Shown here one piece after another: positions 62,700 through 64,000 of a stretch of 64,000 bases of DNA. The stretch comes from the human T2T-CHM13v2.0 reference genome, Homo sapiens: assembly GCF_009914755.1 (NCBI RefSeq), contig NC_060927.1. One strand, given 5' to 3'. The translations under genes were made by a program, and so were the position numbers. The notes below the pieces were generated by a model, which was not told where the DNA came from, searched no databases, and was given only the letters and a program-made list of their open reading frames with translations. Each line of letters begins with the position of its first letter. Position 1 is the stretch's first letter.

Positions 62700-64000
62700 A
62701 CTCTACATGAAATATCAAAGTTCACAAACCATATATTATATACTGTGCATAAAATATCAAAGTACCCAAGGTATATATTCTATACTGTACAAAAAATATC
62801 AAAGTACCCAAAGCATGTATTATATACTATACATAAAATATGAAATTACATCAAATATATATTTTATTCTGTACATAAAATATCAAAGTACACCAGATAT
62901 ATATTCTATAGTGTACATAAAATATCAAAGTACCCAAACTATACATTATATACTGTACATAAAATGTGAAATTACATAAAATATATATTATATTAGGTAC
63001 ATAAAATATGAAAGTACATCAAATATAGATTATATACTGTACATTAAATACCAATATACCCCAAATATATATTTTATACTGTACATGAAATATCAAAGTT
63101 CACACACTATATATTATATACTGTACATAAAATATCAAAGTACCCAAGGTATATATTCTATACTGTACAAAAAACATCAAAGTACCCAAAGCATGTATTA
63201 TATACTGTACATAAAATATGAAAGTACATCAAATATATATTTTATTCTGTACATAAAATATCAAAGTACACCAGATATATATTCTATAGTGTACATAAAA
63301 TAACAAAGTACCCAAACTATACATTATATACTGTACATAAAATATGAAATTACATCAAATATATATTATATTAGGTACATAAAATAAGAAAGTACATCAA
63401 ATATAGATTATATACTGTACATAAAATATCAAAGTACCCCAAATATATATTATATACTCTACATGAAATATCAAAGTTCACAAACTATATATTATATACT
63501 GTACATAAAATATCAAAGTACCCAAGGTATATATTCTATACTGTACAAAAAATATCAAAGTATCCAAAGCATGATTTATATACTGTATATAAAATATGAA
63601 AGTACATTAAAGATATATTTTATTCTGTACATAAAATATCAAAATACACCAGATATATATTCTATAGTGTACATAAAATAACAAAGTACACAAACTATAA
63701 ATTATATACTGTACATAAAATATGAAATTACATCAAATATATATTAGGTACATAAAATATGAAAGTACATCAAATATAGATTATATACTGTACATATAAT
63801 ATCAATGTACCCCAAATATATATTTTATACTCTACATGAAATATCAAAGTTCACAAACCATACATTATATACTGTACATAAAATATCAAAGTACCCAAGT
63901 TATATATTCTATACTGTACAAAAGATATCAAAGTACCCAAAGCATGTATTATATACTGTATATAAAATGTGAAAGTACATCAAATATATATTATATACTG
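62700..64000 (+). repeat. Distant homolog of about 17890-19190 (offset 44809)
   Basis: Shared ctgtgcata, aaaatgtgaaa, ccaatatacccc, cacactata, aaataagaaag and cattaaagata; ORF pair 18654/63463. Confidence 0.85.

Larger units (their letters stand above)
1..64000. repeat. Human satellite 1A (HSat1A/SAR)-type array; 42-bp monomer, head-to-tail, extends beyond both window edges
   Basis: Monomer e.g. gtacataaaatatcaaa (17 bp) + gtacccaaactatacattatatact (25 bp), repeated throughout with no non-repeat interruption; about 80% AT and almost no CpG. The 42-bp 17+25 RsaI structure and 378-bp HOR are the established hallmarks of HSat1A. Family assignment is by recognition, not by database search. Confidence 0.96.

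Noticed and set aside
57-63681. More than 150 ORFs encoding YIKYQST-type repeat proteins
   Set aside because: They are translations of a satellite whose periods are multiples of 3; ends are set by scattered SNPs and indels, with no non-repetitive domain or gene structure.
1-64000. CRISPR-like array (conserved tgtacataaaatatcaaagtac alternating with variable segments)
   Set aside because: The variable parts are homologous to each other and cycle every nine units rather than being unique spacers; there are no cas genes or leader.
1-64000. Alpha satellite, CENP-B boxes, HSat2/3 or HSat1B
   Set aside because: No 171-bp period, no CENP-B box (which needs CpGs), no CATTC repeats and no Alu-derived segment of the roughly 2.4-kb HSat1B unit.
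1-64000. Low-complexity coding DNA from an AT-rich parasite or endosymbiont
   Set aside because: The 17+25/42/378 architecture matches primate HSat1A, and no unique coding or intergenic sequence exists in 64 kb.
1-64000. Assignment to a specific chromosome
   Set aside because: HSat1A occurs on several chromosomes (3, 4 and acrocentrics); this needs alignment to a T2T reference, which I cannot run.

Overview
The whole 64 kb is one uninterrupted, single-orientation, very AT-rich (about 20% GC by spot count) tandem satellite. Its 42-bp monomer (17-bp + 25-bp GTAC/RsaI subunits) is organised as a 378-bp 9-mer higher-order repeat (HOR), matching human satellite 1A (HSat1A / SAR / classical satellite I). 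I see no genes, RNA genes, transposons, CRISPR arrays, unique sequence or inversions. All ORFs in the track arise because 42 and 378 are multiples of 3. I did not find a new gene-encoded system. What is of interest is (i) a nested duplication hierarchy: 42 > 378 > variant 6/8/12/13/14-mers > 499, 756, 961, 1716, 2258, 2425, 4141, 7195 and about 23.7-25 kb; and (ii) two speculative RNA-level motif patterns: very dense Pumilio elements on the + strand and a UGUA+AAUAAA poly(A) module once per HOR on the - strand. Offsets come from the ORF track plus by-eye comparison of marker variants, so boundaries are approximate. Monomers are labelled M1-M9, with M1 starting at 'atgaaatatcaaagttcacaaac'.
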